The notes under the pieces: generated by a model
Told to the model about the DNA's origin: nothing
The model's database searches: none
The model's input: only the letters and a program-made list of their open reading frames with translations
Shown here: in pieces, positions 38,397 through 47,502 of the stretch
How the letters are laid out: every line of letters begins with the position of its first letter
Position numbering within the stretch: position 1 is the stretch's first letter
Position numbers and translations under genes: made by a program
DNA from: a virus
Length of the DNA stretch: 64,000 nucleotides
IMG/VR virus record: IMGVR_UViG_3300045110_000277
Coordinates: 22,080 to 86,079 of that record
Strand: one strand, 5' to 3'

Positions 38397-39127
38397 TGGC
38401 CAAGGTGATCGCCGGGGTCTGCGACGAGTGCGGTGCCGCGGCGCCTCACCCGCAGGTCCACGAGGGCTGGCACGCACAGCTGGAGCGGCTCCTTCGGGTG
38501 CCAACGAGCGTTGGCGCCAAGGTTGCGCCAGATCTCGCCGGCGGGATGCGGTCCGGCTTCGGCCAGGGCAGGTACCCGATCCCGCAGGAGGAGCACGAGG
38601 TACCGACCGACTTCATCGCCCCGCACCCGACCGAGCCCGCTCGGGCACCGTTCGAGGACAGCAGCCCGGAGGGCATCCACGCCGCACAGGAGGCGCTCGC
38701 GCACCTGGCACCGCGGGGCGAGGGGATGGACCGGTGAGCCCGATGGGCAGGGACCGCGCTCTGTGCAACGGCCCCGGGTGCGACAGGACGTACCGCGTGG
38801 CGGCCCGCCCAGGCCCCGACCCGCTGCACCACTTCTGCTCGCAGGAGTGCCTCGACCGGTACAACGCGCTGTACAAGCGGAAGGTGCTGCGGTGAGCCAG
38901 GTGATCCGGTCCATCTTCTTCGGCGATGGGCTCGTCGAGATCGTCTACATGGACCTGCCAGCGGACGTTCGCGCCAACGGCACCCTGGCCCAGTCGCACA
39001 CGCTGTCCATCGACACCGAGCACGGGGACTACGACACCGAGCGGGAGGCCGTGGAGGAGGCCGCGCTCGCCTTGCTGCGGGACGCGCTGGAGGACTTCCA
39101 CGCCCCGCCCGCCGTCTTGCCTGGGGA

Positions 39128-39592
39128 GTGATCGTGTCTACCGAGTTGGAGACCGAGACCGTCCGATACCTCCGTGGGGAGGTGGACGCTGTGGCCGAGA
39201 AGCTCGTGGACATCACGATCAGGTGCGCGAAGTGCTTGAAGGCCGGGCAGTACGCGCCCACGGGCGTTCGCGTCACGGTGCTCAGCAACCTGGGCTGCTA
39301 CTACGAGTTCTTCTGCCAGTCCACAGCCTGCCGGGCCTACAACAAGGCGTGGCTGGACCTGGAGCCGGCGACGAAGCTGCACGACGCCGGGGTGCCAACG
39401 AGGGTCATCGACGTGCCCGCTGAGGTCGGCGAGCACCCGCACCCGGACGCCCCCGGCCTGTCCGAAGACGACTTGCACGTGTTCCTGCGGTACCTCAAGC
39501 ACATCGAGGACGTTGCGGAGGGGGAAGCTGATGAAGCTGGAGCGGTTCATCGAGTGCCTCGAAAGCATCGGCGAGCGGACCCGAAAGGCTGA
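39128..39592 (+). CDS. Hypothetical Cys-containing protein
   Basis: CxxC and CxxxxC motifs. Confidence 0.6.
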   Translation: MIVSTELETETVRYLRGEVDAVAEKLVDITIRCAKCLKAGQYAPTGVRVTVLSNLGCYYEFFCQSTACRAYNKAWLDLEPATKLHDAGVPTRVIDVPAEVGEHPHPDAPGLSEDDLHVFLRYLKHIEDVAEGEADEAGAVHRVPRKHRRADPKG

Positions 39593-39876
39593 CGAGGCCG
39601 ATGAGTAGGTGCGTCCACGTCTGGCTGGGTCACATCTGCCTGGCGTGCGGCGCGTGGGACGGCAAGGACATGGAGGGCAGCTCTGAAGAACCTGCCGGCG
39701 GCCCAGGTGGCTGACCTAGACGCCAACGACCGTTCGCAGGGGCCGACATGCCTGGAGGTGTTGGTCTTCAGGGCTGGCGAGGTCTTCCCGGAGGACCACG
39801 GCGACATCGTGATCGGCTGCGATCTGCTCATCGACGGGCACGTGGAGCACGCGGGCGACGGCTGGAGGTGGACCGG

Positions 39877-40251
39877 GTGAGTCACCTGCGCCTGGTCCAG
39901 CCGTACTCGAAGGACGAGCAGACCGGCGACGGTGACGCTCAAGCAGAGACGAAGGCGGTGCCAGCGGCCGTTCGTGCCGCGGTGCTGGAGCGAGATGGCC
40001 ACAGCTGCCGGGTATGCGGGTCGTACGCGAAGGAGCCCGCGGTCCACCACATCAGCTACCGCTCGGAGGGCGGGCTGCACGTGGTGGAGAACCTGGTCAC
40101 GGTCCACTGGATGTACGAGCCCCGGTGCCACGAGAGGGCACACGCAGACAAGGGCCTGTGGCAGCCGCTGCTGGCCGAGGTCGTGAAGCACGACGGGATG
40201 ACCGCCATGGGCCTGCTGAGGCGCTACCGGGCAGCACAGGGGTGCTCGTGA
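39877..40251 (+). CDS. HNH endonuclease
   Basis: RAAVLERDGHSCRVCG...HHISYRSEGG...NL...CHERAH. Confidence 0.85.
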   Translation: MSHLRLVQPYSKDEQTGDGDAQAETKAVPAAVRAAVLERDGHSCRVCGSYAKEPAVHHISYRSEGGLHVVENLVTVHWMYEPRCHERAHADKGLWQPLLAEVVKHDGMTAMGLLRRYRAAQGCS

Positions 40252-40632
40252 CGTACCGCGAGCCTCCCGAGGGCTGGTTGCAGTTCGGCACGCACGCCGT
40301 GCTGCCCATCGTCCCGCCGCTGCTGTTCAGCGAGGAGCGGGATGAGGTGGGAGATCCGCTCTGGGAACGGGCGTTGACACCCAAGGATGTCGCCGACTTC
40401 CTCTGGAGCATCGGCCACGTGACCTCGTTCACCGCCGTGCGCGACCACTACAAGCTGAAGTGGACCTCGTGAGCCGGCACGCGCGGGACGCCAGCGACCA
40501 TCCGTACGCGGAGGCGTTGGAGTGCCTCGACGAGCTGACCCAGATGCTGCTGGACACCGCGCGGGACGTGGAGTGGGCCAGGCAGGGCGGCTGTTACCCG
40601 TGGGAGTACCCGAAGCCTGGAGGTAGGCACGC

Positions 40633-41379
40633 ATGACAGACCTGGCCGAGACGTGGGCCGAGTACGGAGCCACCCGCAGCCCGGTGGCGAGGGACGCCCT
40701 GATCTTGGCGTACCGCCCGCTGGTCAGGTACGTGGCGGCCCGGCTGGCCCAGGGCCTGCCAGCGTCCGTTGAGGTCCAGGATCTCGCCAGCTACGGGGTC
40801 TTCGGGCTGATCGACGCCATCGAGAAGTACGAGATCGGGCGGGTGAAGTTCGAGACGTACGCGATCCAGCGGATCCGAGGAGCCATCCTCGACGAGCTTC
40901 GAGCCCTGGACTGGGCGCCAAGGTCCGTTCGCAGCAAGGCTCGTGCCATCGAGCGTGAGCTCAGCCGGCTGGAGCACGAGCTCGGGCGCACCCCGTCGGA
41001 GGAGGAGCTGGCAACGGCCGTTGGCGTTTCGGCGCAAGACCTGCGCCGCAGCTTGAGCCAGCTCCGCCTGGCCCAGACGGACAGCCTGGACCGCAGCGTG
41101 GCCGGGCCGGACGACACGGGCTCGACGCTGGCCGACCGGGTGGAGGACCGTTCGGACATCACGTTGACTCCGCAGATGGAGGAGGCCGGACGCCTGCTTT
41201 CTGAGGGTATTGCTCGACTTCCGGACCGCGAACGCACGTTCATGGCCCTGTACTACTTCGAGGGCCTGACGCTGGCGGACATCGGCGTCACCCTGCGGGT
41301 CTCGGAGTCGCGGGTCTGCCAGCTCCATACCCGGGCGGCGGTGGCGCTCCAGCGGATCCTCGCTGGGCAACTGGTCTGA
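40633..41379 (+). CDS. whiG: FliA/WhiG-family RNA polymerase sigma factor
   Basis: GVFGLIDAIEK, KFETYAxxRIRGAIxDELRALDWxPRSVR, LYYFEGLTLADIG...SESRVCQLHT. Confidence 0.9.
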   Translation: MTDLAETWAEYGATRSPVARDALILAYRPLVRYVAARLAQGLPASVEVQDLASYGVFGLIDAIEKYEIGRVKFETYAIQRIRGAILDELRALDWAPRSVRSKARAIERELSRLEHELGRTPSEEELATAVGVSAQDLRRSLSQLRLAQTDSLDRSVAGPDDTGSTLADRVEDRSDITLTPQMEEAGRLLSEGIARLPDRERTFMALYYFEGLTLADIGVTLRVSESRVCQLHTRAAVALQRILAGQLV

Positions 41380-41444
41380 GTTCATCGCCCGTTTGGCCGA
41401 TGACCCTGGCGTTGACTCGGGCCACCCGTATGAGGGGGCAAGCC

Positions 41445-41693
41445 GTGGGGTTCGCAGCAAGCATCGAGAAGGCCAAGGCTAAGCAGGACACCAGGAACCG
41501 GAAGTGCTCAGTCCTTCTGGCGCTGGAGAGCATGACTCCGAAGGACCGGGCGGCGCTGACCGCCAGCCTGCTGGACGACGAGATCCGACACGCGACCATC
41601 GAGACGGCGCTGCGGGAGTCGGGGATCACCTACTGCAAGGCCGGGACCATCTCCCGGCATCGTTCCGGTGGCTGCTCGTGTGGTGACTCCTGA
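41445..41693 (+). CDS. Small Cys/His protein preceding the phosphoesterase
   Basis: CSV...TISRHRSGGCSC. Confidence 0.65.
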   Translation: MGFAASIEKAKAKQDTRNRKCSVLLALESMTPKDRAALTASLLDDEIRHATIETALRESGITYCKAGTISRHRSGGCSCGDS

Positions 41694-42721
41694 TGGACCT
41701 CACCCCGGAAGCGATGGCGGCCCGGCAGCTGATCGCGGAGCTGCGCACGGCGCTCGTTGGCACCCAGCGGGAGCTGCGCAAGCAGAAGGACCGCACCGAC
41801 CTGCTGGTCGAGGCCGTGATCCAGGGCTGCCGCGAGGCCATCCTCGCTCAAGGCCCGCTGCCAACGGTCGTTCGCACCAAGACGGCTCGCCGACCTGCAG
41901 CTGCCGGCAAGCCGGAGGTCGCGCTCTGGGCGCTGACCGACTGGCAGGGCTACAAGGTCACCCCGTCGTACGACAGCGCGGTCATGCGCGAGCGCGTGAT
42001 GCTGTACTGCGACAAGGCCGAGGCCATCACGAACATCCAGCGCAACGACCACCCGGTGGACGAGTGCGTGGTCACGTTCGGCGGCGACATGGTGGAGGGG
42101 CTGTTCAACTTCCCGAGCCAGGTCCACGAGATTGAGGCCACCCTGTTCACGCAGTACGTCGGGGTGTCCAGGCTGATCGTGGACACGGTGCGCAGGGCGC
42201 TGGCGATCTACGACAAGGTGACCGTGGTCGCGGAGTGGGGCAACCATGGGCGCATCGGCAGCAAGCGGGATGCGGTCCCGCGCAGCGACAACGTGGACCG
42301 CATGTGCTACGAGCTTGCCCGGCAGCTACTGGACGGCGAGCCGAGGCTGGTGTGGCAGGACTGCCCGGAGGACATCCAGCGCATCGAGGTCGGGAACTAC
42401 CGGGCGCTGCTCATCCACGGTGACGAGATCGGGCGCAACGGCTTCGCCTCGCCAATGACCATTGTCGCCCATTGCAACCGCTGGAGGAGCGGGGCGTACC
42501 CGTGGGACTTCCGCGACGTGTACGTGGGTCACTACCACACGCACGCCGAGTGGCCCATGGCCAACGGCCTGGGCTCGGTCTACCAAACGGGCAGCACGGA
42601 GTCGGAGAACAGGTACGCCGGGGTGATGCTGGCCGCGCAGGCGATCCCGTCGCAGCGGCTGCACTTCATCGACCCGGAGCGGGGCAGAGTCACCGCTGGG
42701 TACAAGGTCTGGCTGGCGTAG
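41693..42721 (+). CDS. Calcineurin-like metallophosphoesterase
   Basis: TDWQ, GGDMVEG, GNHG, IHGD, GHYH. Confidence 0.85.
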   Translation: MDLTPEAMAARQLIAELRTALVGTQRELRKQKDRTDLLVEAVIQGCREAILAQGPLPTVVRTKTARRPAAAGKPEVALWALTDWQGYKVTPSYDSAVMRERVMLYCDKAEAITNIQRNDHPVDECVVTFGGDMVEGLFNFPSQVHEIEATLFTQYVGVSRLIVDTVRRALAIYDKVTVVAEWGNHGRIGSKRDAVPRSDNVDRMCYELARQLLDGEPRLVWQDCPEDIQRIEVGNYRALLIHGDEIGRNGFASPMTIVAHCNRWRSGAYPWDFRDVYVGHYHTHAEWPMANGLGSVYQTGSTESENRYAGVMLAAQAIPSQRLHFIDPERGRVTAGYKVWLA

Positions 42722-42744
42722 GTCGCCAGAAATATTCAGCACGC

Positions 42745-42780
42745 CAAGAGCCCGGCCTCCCTAGAGAGACCGGGCTCTTG
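42745..42780. terminator. Terminator between converging genome arms
   Basis: CAAGAGCCCGG...CCGGGCTCTTG 11-bp stem. Confidence 0.75.
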
Positions 42781-42820
42781 CGCCCTTCCTATGGTGAACG
42801 GACCGGCAGGATCGTGCCGA

Positions 42821-43351
42821 TCAGCAGGACGTGACGGCCGCGAGCAGCGCGTCGGGGTCGGCGTACTGCGAGTTGTACGAGCCGTTGTCGTAGGACGTGT
42901 TGCCGTACTGGTCGTACGGGCCGAAGTCGTACACCGCGTAGGCGTACTTGGTGGCTCCGGTCGGTGCCGTGAAGTAGGCCGGGTTGGGGTCGATGTCCCC
43001 GTCGAACGCGGTCCACCACGCGGCGTTGTAGAGGTCGTTGCGGACACCCTGCGGGCCGTACACGACGTTGTTGCTGTTGTCGAACCACACGACCTCGACG
43101 AGGATCGCGTCGGGGTTCAGACCGGCCGGGTCGGCGGGCTTGCAGACCTTCCCGCCACCGGGGACCGACGCGAGGCCGGTGGTGTACGAGTCGAGCGTGT
43201 CGCCCGAGCCGCCCATGTTGTCCGCGCCCCACCAACCACCCGAGCCGCCGTCCTGCCAGGTGTAGGTACTGGCGAAGGCGGGCGACCCGCCGAACAGGGC
43301 GGCGACACCGATGATGGCGCCGACCATCAACATCTTGCTGCGAAGCCTCAC
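42821..43351 (-). CDS. Secreted acidic protein
   Basis: Signal peptide ending PAFA; GGAGG RBS. Confidence 0.75.
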   Translation of the reverse strand: MRLRSKMLMVGAIIGVAALFGGSPAFASTYTWQDGGSGGWWGADNMGGSGDTLDSYTTGLASVPGGGKVCKPADPAGLNPDAILVEVVWFDNSNNVVYGPQGVRNDLYNAAWWTAFDGDIDPNPAYFTAPTGATKYAYAVYDFGPYDQYGNTSYDNGSYNSQYADPDALLAAVTSC

Positions 43352-43400
43352 GGGCTTCCTCCTTGCTTCCCGAGTACGTGCGGCGAGTACCGCACACCCA

Positions 43401-43430
43401 ACTGTAACGTGTCCGTTTGGACTACGACAA
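43401..43430 (-). promoter_or_regulatory. Candidate sigma70/HrdB-type promoter
   Basis: TTGTCG-N18-TACAGT on the minus strand. Confidence 0.5.
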
Positions 43431-43449
43431 GACCCTAGAAATATTTGGT

Positions 43450-43780
43450 ACTGACCGACGGGGCGGTGCCTAGAAGGGTGGCCAAATGACCACCTGCACA
43501 GGCCGTAGAGCGGGTGCGCCCGCTCATGCTGGGGAAGGTTAGAGCCCTATACCACCGTCAACCCACGGGTCCTCTTTGCGGAGGTTCACCGCTCCCACCA
43601 CCATCCGTCGGCCTTGGGCACAACTCCCCGGCTGGGTTCGACGCCAGCCTCAGGCGGGGGAGCCAGATTTCCCGGGACAGCTACTCACCTTGGGCTCAGG
43701 GTCGGTGCGCACCGACCCATGGCTTCCGACGAGGTTCCGTTCCCGACCACCCTGCGCACACACCGCCACGCAGGGAAGCT
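43450..43780 (-). ncRNA. Candidate structured non-coding RNA
   Basis: At least six stems in an ORF-poor gap; G-U wobbles favour the minus strand. Confidence 0.45.
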
Positions 43781-43957
43781 CGCGCACTCTAGTAGACCTC
43801 TCGCCCGGTCGACGGGCCAGCGGTGAGCATGTAGTCGAGCAGCATGATCAGCGCGGCGGTGCCCAGCCCGATAGCCACGGCCAGGCCCAGCACGATGAGC
43901 ACGTACTGCCACCAGCGGAACGGTCCATCGGGTCGTCCCGCTTCTTGCGGCGGCGCC

Positions 43958-45073
43958 TCACCGGAGCAGGGCGTTCACGCGGTCGCGCATGATGAGCGGC
44001 TTGTCCTCGGGACCCTTGACGTACGGGTCGATCCAGATGACGCGGTGCGACCACTCGCCCTCCACCTTGCACGGCTGCTTGCGCCAGTGACCCCGGACGA
44101 TCCAGCGGTGCTGCCAGTCCACGCCCTCACCCTCGGGGTGCGGCACGCCCTCCCGGCGACGCAGCTCGATGACGGTGACCCGCTGGTCAGGTAGCCCAGC
44201 ACGCCGCAGCTGACGACGCAGCGGGCGCGGGGTGTCGAGCACACTCAGGTCCACGATGGGCTGCTGCATCAGCCGCCACAGGGCCAGCAGGGTGGCGCTT
44301 GTCGGGTCCCTGCCGGTGGAGTGGACCGGGACGGTGCTCTCGCCCTTGTCGTTGGTGGTGGCGCCCTTGGCGATGCCGTGCAGGTCGACCGCCTCGGGCG
44401 AGAACATCGAGAGGTTGCCCTCCGAGTCGCGGAAGTAGCTCACCAAATCGGGCCTGTCAACGAGCGTTGCCATCGTCACCCCGCGGGGCAGCGGCTGGCC
44501 GAACTGGAACGCGGCCAGGTGGGACATGGAGAACTTGGGCAGCCGGGCGAAGGCGTCACCCAGGTCCTCGCGCAGCAGGACGTTCATCATGTCGGTCTTG
44601 TCGTCCTTGTCGGTGAGCATGTAGACCTCGACGATCCCGCCGACTGCGGCCCACACCAGGGCGTTGGTGGTCAGGAACCGGCCGCGAATGTCCATGTACC
44701 CCAACGGCTTCGGCAGCCACATGAAGCCGGCCATCGTTGGCAGGTCTTCGATGACGATGGCCTCATCGGGCATCGACTCGCCTGCACCGCGGGCCAGGTC
44801 GAGCATGTGCGGTGCGACGTAGAACGTCTCGCCGACCTCCAGGTAGCGGCGCATCCGGGCTGCCAGGGCCTGCCCGTCGCCTTTCAGGTAGCTGGGCAGC
44901 TGGCCGATGGCGGGCATCGGGACCGGCGTCATCTCCCCGTTGGGCCGCCGGTACTGCGACAGGTCCTCGCCGCGCTGGCTGCGCAAGAACCCGTCGAGGT
45001 AGTCCTGGCTGTAGCCGGCGTCGAGGTCCTCGCGCAGCAGGCGCTTGGCGTGCAGCGCGTCAAGCGGTGGCAT
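43958..45073 (-). CDS. Conserved actinophage hypothetical protein
   Basis: C-terminal HRWIVRGHWRKQ...WIDPYVKGP motif. Confidence 0.8.
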   Translation of the reverse strand: MPPLDALHAKRLLREDLDAGYSQDYLDGFLRSQRGEDLSQYRRPNGEMTPVPMPAIGQLPSYLKGDGQALAARMRRYLEVGETFYVAPHMLDLARGAGESMPDEAIVIEDLPTMAGFMWLPKPLGYMDIRGRFLTTNALVWAAVGGIVEVYMLTDKDDKTDMMNVLLREDLGDAFARLPKFSMSHLAAFQFGQPLPRGVTMATLVDRPDLVSYFRDSEGNLSMFSPEAVDLHGIAKGATTNDKGESTVPVHSTGRDPTSATLLALWRLMQQPIVDLSVLDTPRPLRRQLRRAGLPDQRVTVIELRRREGVPHPEGEGVDWQHRWIVRGHWRKQPCKVEGEWSHRVIWIDPYVKGPEDKPLIMRDRVNALLR

Positions 45074-45522
45074 CCCAGACCCCCCTTGACCGGCTGGATG
45101 ACCGAGCCCGACAGGCGAGCGGCGTCCCACGGGTACAGCCCGAAGGCGTCGGGCCACACCAGCTGCAACGCCTCGACCTCCTTCTCCCAGCACACGTGGG
45201 CGATGCGCAGGTCGGACACGTCCTCCATGCGAACGACCATCAGCGGGTGGCTGGCGACGCCCTGCACCGGCTGGTTGACGACCAGCAGGCCCTCGCGCAG
45301 CTTCTCGGCCGCGTTGTTCAGCAGCAGGCCAGCGAGCCGGGAGTCCAGCCCGTAGATGGCCAGCTCCGGCAGGTCGGCCAGCCCGAGGCCCACGGTGTAG
45401 GCGAAGGGCACGTTGGCACCTTCGCCGAACACCGCGACGTTCATGTGCCCGGACTTCTCGACGGCCTCGGCGACCCGCACCATCACGTCCAGCTGGTTGT
45501 CCACGGGGAAGCGGTCAGTCAT
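44929..45522 (-). CDS. DUF4262-like protein
   Basis: PFAYTVGL...LPELAIYGL...LLN, LQLVWPD..G.YPW. Confidence 0.75.
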   Translation of the reverse strand: MTDRFPVDNQLDVMVRVAEAVEKSGHMNVAVFGEGANVPFAYTVGLGLADLPELAIYGLDSRLAGLLLNNAAEKLREGLLVVNQPVQGVASHPLMVVRMEDVSDLRIAHVCWEKEVEALQLVWPDAFGLYPWDAARLSGSVIQPVKGGLGCHRLTRCTPSACCARTSTPATARTTSTGSCAASAARTCRSTGGPTGR

Positions 45523-46032
45523 CCTTGCCACCCCACCCTCCGGGGATGCGGTCGGTGGCGTACCCGTCGCGCGGGTCGCGGGTCGGCGGCACCTCGTCGA
45601 GGTTCACGTACTCCAGCGACGGCCAGTGGGCCATGCCGATGAACGCCTCCTGGTCGTCCTCGGTGAGCATCACCCGCTCGACGGGCGGCGTGGCGCTGCG
45701 GTCGCCGGGGCTCCACTGGCGGTGCCCTGCCGGGTAGCCGACCAGTCGCATGTCGTCGTTGTGCAGGATGGCGACGCCGATGTCGGTCACGCGAACGACC
45801 GTTGCCGTCCCCTCGTACGGCGGCCGCTGGATCTTGAGCACGTCCCCGACCACGGGCAGCCGGTTGGTGGGCGGCGCGAACTCGGTGGGCGGAACGTCTG
45901 GCCCGGCGACCGCGCCGGTGGCGGTGTGGACCCATGTCGGGCCGCTGCCGCCGGGCACCTTCTTGACCTCCAGCTTGCACGTCGCGCAGACCAGCCCGTC
46001 GTGCGTCTCGATGGGTGCTGCCTTGTGGATGC

Positions 46033-46398
46033 TCACGCTGCTGCCTCCTTGTGTGCGTCGTTGTAGGCAGCGCGGACGGCCTCGGGGATCTTGCCCCGCG
46101 GTCCGACCTCGAAGCCCCGGCTGAGAGCCCACGTGCGGATCTCCTTGTTGTGCTGGGCGGTGGCCCGACTGTTGTCCCGCTTGCCGCTGTCCGGGATCGG
46201 CGCCGTGGCCTTGCGCGCCTTGCCCTTGGCGACCAGCCTGCCCGCCCGCAGGTACGGGTCCAGCGCAACGGTGAAGTCGCGCAGGTGCTCGGCGGACAGG
46301 TCGATCTGGTAGGTGTCGCCGGACACTGACAGGAACGTCAGCGTCTGCACCGCCTCCGCGCTGCCGTCGATGTCGTCGATCAACATGATCTTCTGCAT
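46033..46398 (-). CDS. lsr2: Lsr2-like nucleoid-associated protein
   Basis: LIDDIDG, YQIDLS, IRTWA...G.EV..RGKIP..V..AY. Confidence 0.9.
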   Translation of the reverse strand: MQKIMLIDDIDGSAEAVQTLTFLSVSGDTYQIDLSAEHLRDFTVALDPYLRAGRLVAKGKARKATAPIPDSGKRDNSRATAQHNKEIRTWALSRGFEVGPRGKIPEAVRAAYNDAHKEAAA

Positions 46399-46749
46399 CA
46401 GCGTGTCCTCTCCCAATGCTCCTTGCGCACGTCCACCGGGTGGATGCGCTGCCCGTCGATCCCGTGGGTCAGATACCCGTCGGGGTAGGCGATGCGAGCG
46501 TGCGTGGCCGGCTCCATCGACGGCAGCCGGAACACCTGCGTCTTGACGGCGCTGCACCTGATGCACTCGAACACCCGGGTCGCCTCGATCAGCGTGCCCC
46601 GAGTGTTCTCCACCAGGTCGTAGTCGCCGGACCAGTCCCACTGGTGCCCGGTCATCCCGCGTCGGCAGAGCAGGAAGTCGGTGTTCACGTCGGCCAACGG
46701 GATCTTGGCCCGACTCCGCGTCCGCCTCTGTGCCAGCTTGGTAGCCACG

Positions 46750-47460
46750 TCAGCTCCTCTCTGCCGCCTGGGCCTGGTCCGCGAAGCAGGTCCAGGTGCC
46801 GTCGTCGTTCTGATCTGCGTTCTCGGTGGTGACGGCGATGCCGCACACCTTGCACACGTCGTCGGTGCCCTCCCCGCCCGTATCCGCATCCTGCACGGCC
46901 GAAGCGGTGAGGTCGGAGTCTTGGGCGGGGAGGGAGTCCTCGGCGGGCTGGGCTGGAGCTGACCGGTCGAACCTGTCAACGACCGTTGGCGGCAGGTCCT
47001 TCTTCGGCGCTACGTGGCCAGACTCCTCGCGCCACTGTTGCACCGAGTGCGGCTCGGTCGGCCCTTCCGGGCAGCGGCAGAGCCTGATGTGCATCATGCA
47101 CTTCTCGCACGTCGTCCAGCCGATGACCAGCGGGGCCTTGTGGCCGGGCACGTCGTACAGGATCGAGAGCATTGTGTTCGCGTCCCGGAAGGTGTACGAG
47201 CTCTTGAGCTGCTCGCGCAGGTCGATGCGCACCGACTCCTCGACCTGAGGGTCCATCGACGCCCGCTCCGCGGACAGCCGGGATGCACCGACCAGTGGGT
47301 CTCGGATGTCCGCGTGCGTCACGGTGGCGAGCACGTCGTCCATCTCCTTGGCCATGGCGCGCAGCTTGCCCATCACCTTGGACTGGTTCAGGTCGACCTG
47401 CCCTGCCTTGAAGTCGTACATCTCCAGCTGGTCGAGCAGCTCCGTGAGCTGACCTGCCAT
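46750..47460 (-). CDS. Hypothetical protein with Cys clusters
   Basis: CEKC...CRC and CKVC...C. Confidence 0.7.
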   Translation of the reverse strand: MAGQLTELLDQLEMYDFKAGQVDLNQSKVMGKLRAMAKEMDDVLATVTHADIRDPLVGASRLSAERASMDPQVEESVRIDLREQLKSSYTFRDANTMLSILYDVPGHKAPLVIGWTTCEKCMMHIRLCRCPEGPTEPHSVQQWREESGHVAPKKDLPPTVVDRFDRSAPAQPAEDSLPAQDSDLTASAVQDADTGGEGTDDVCKVCGIAVTTENADQNDDGTWTCFADQAQAAERS

Positions 47461-47502
47461 GCGTTCCTCCAAATATTTGTGGCGGGGTAAGGGATTCTGG
47501 CC

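Noticed and set aside
43514-43800. Group II intron (GTGCGCCCG resembles a 5' end)
   Set aside because: No domain V/VI or RT ORF is visible, and wobble pairs favour the opposite strand.
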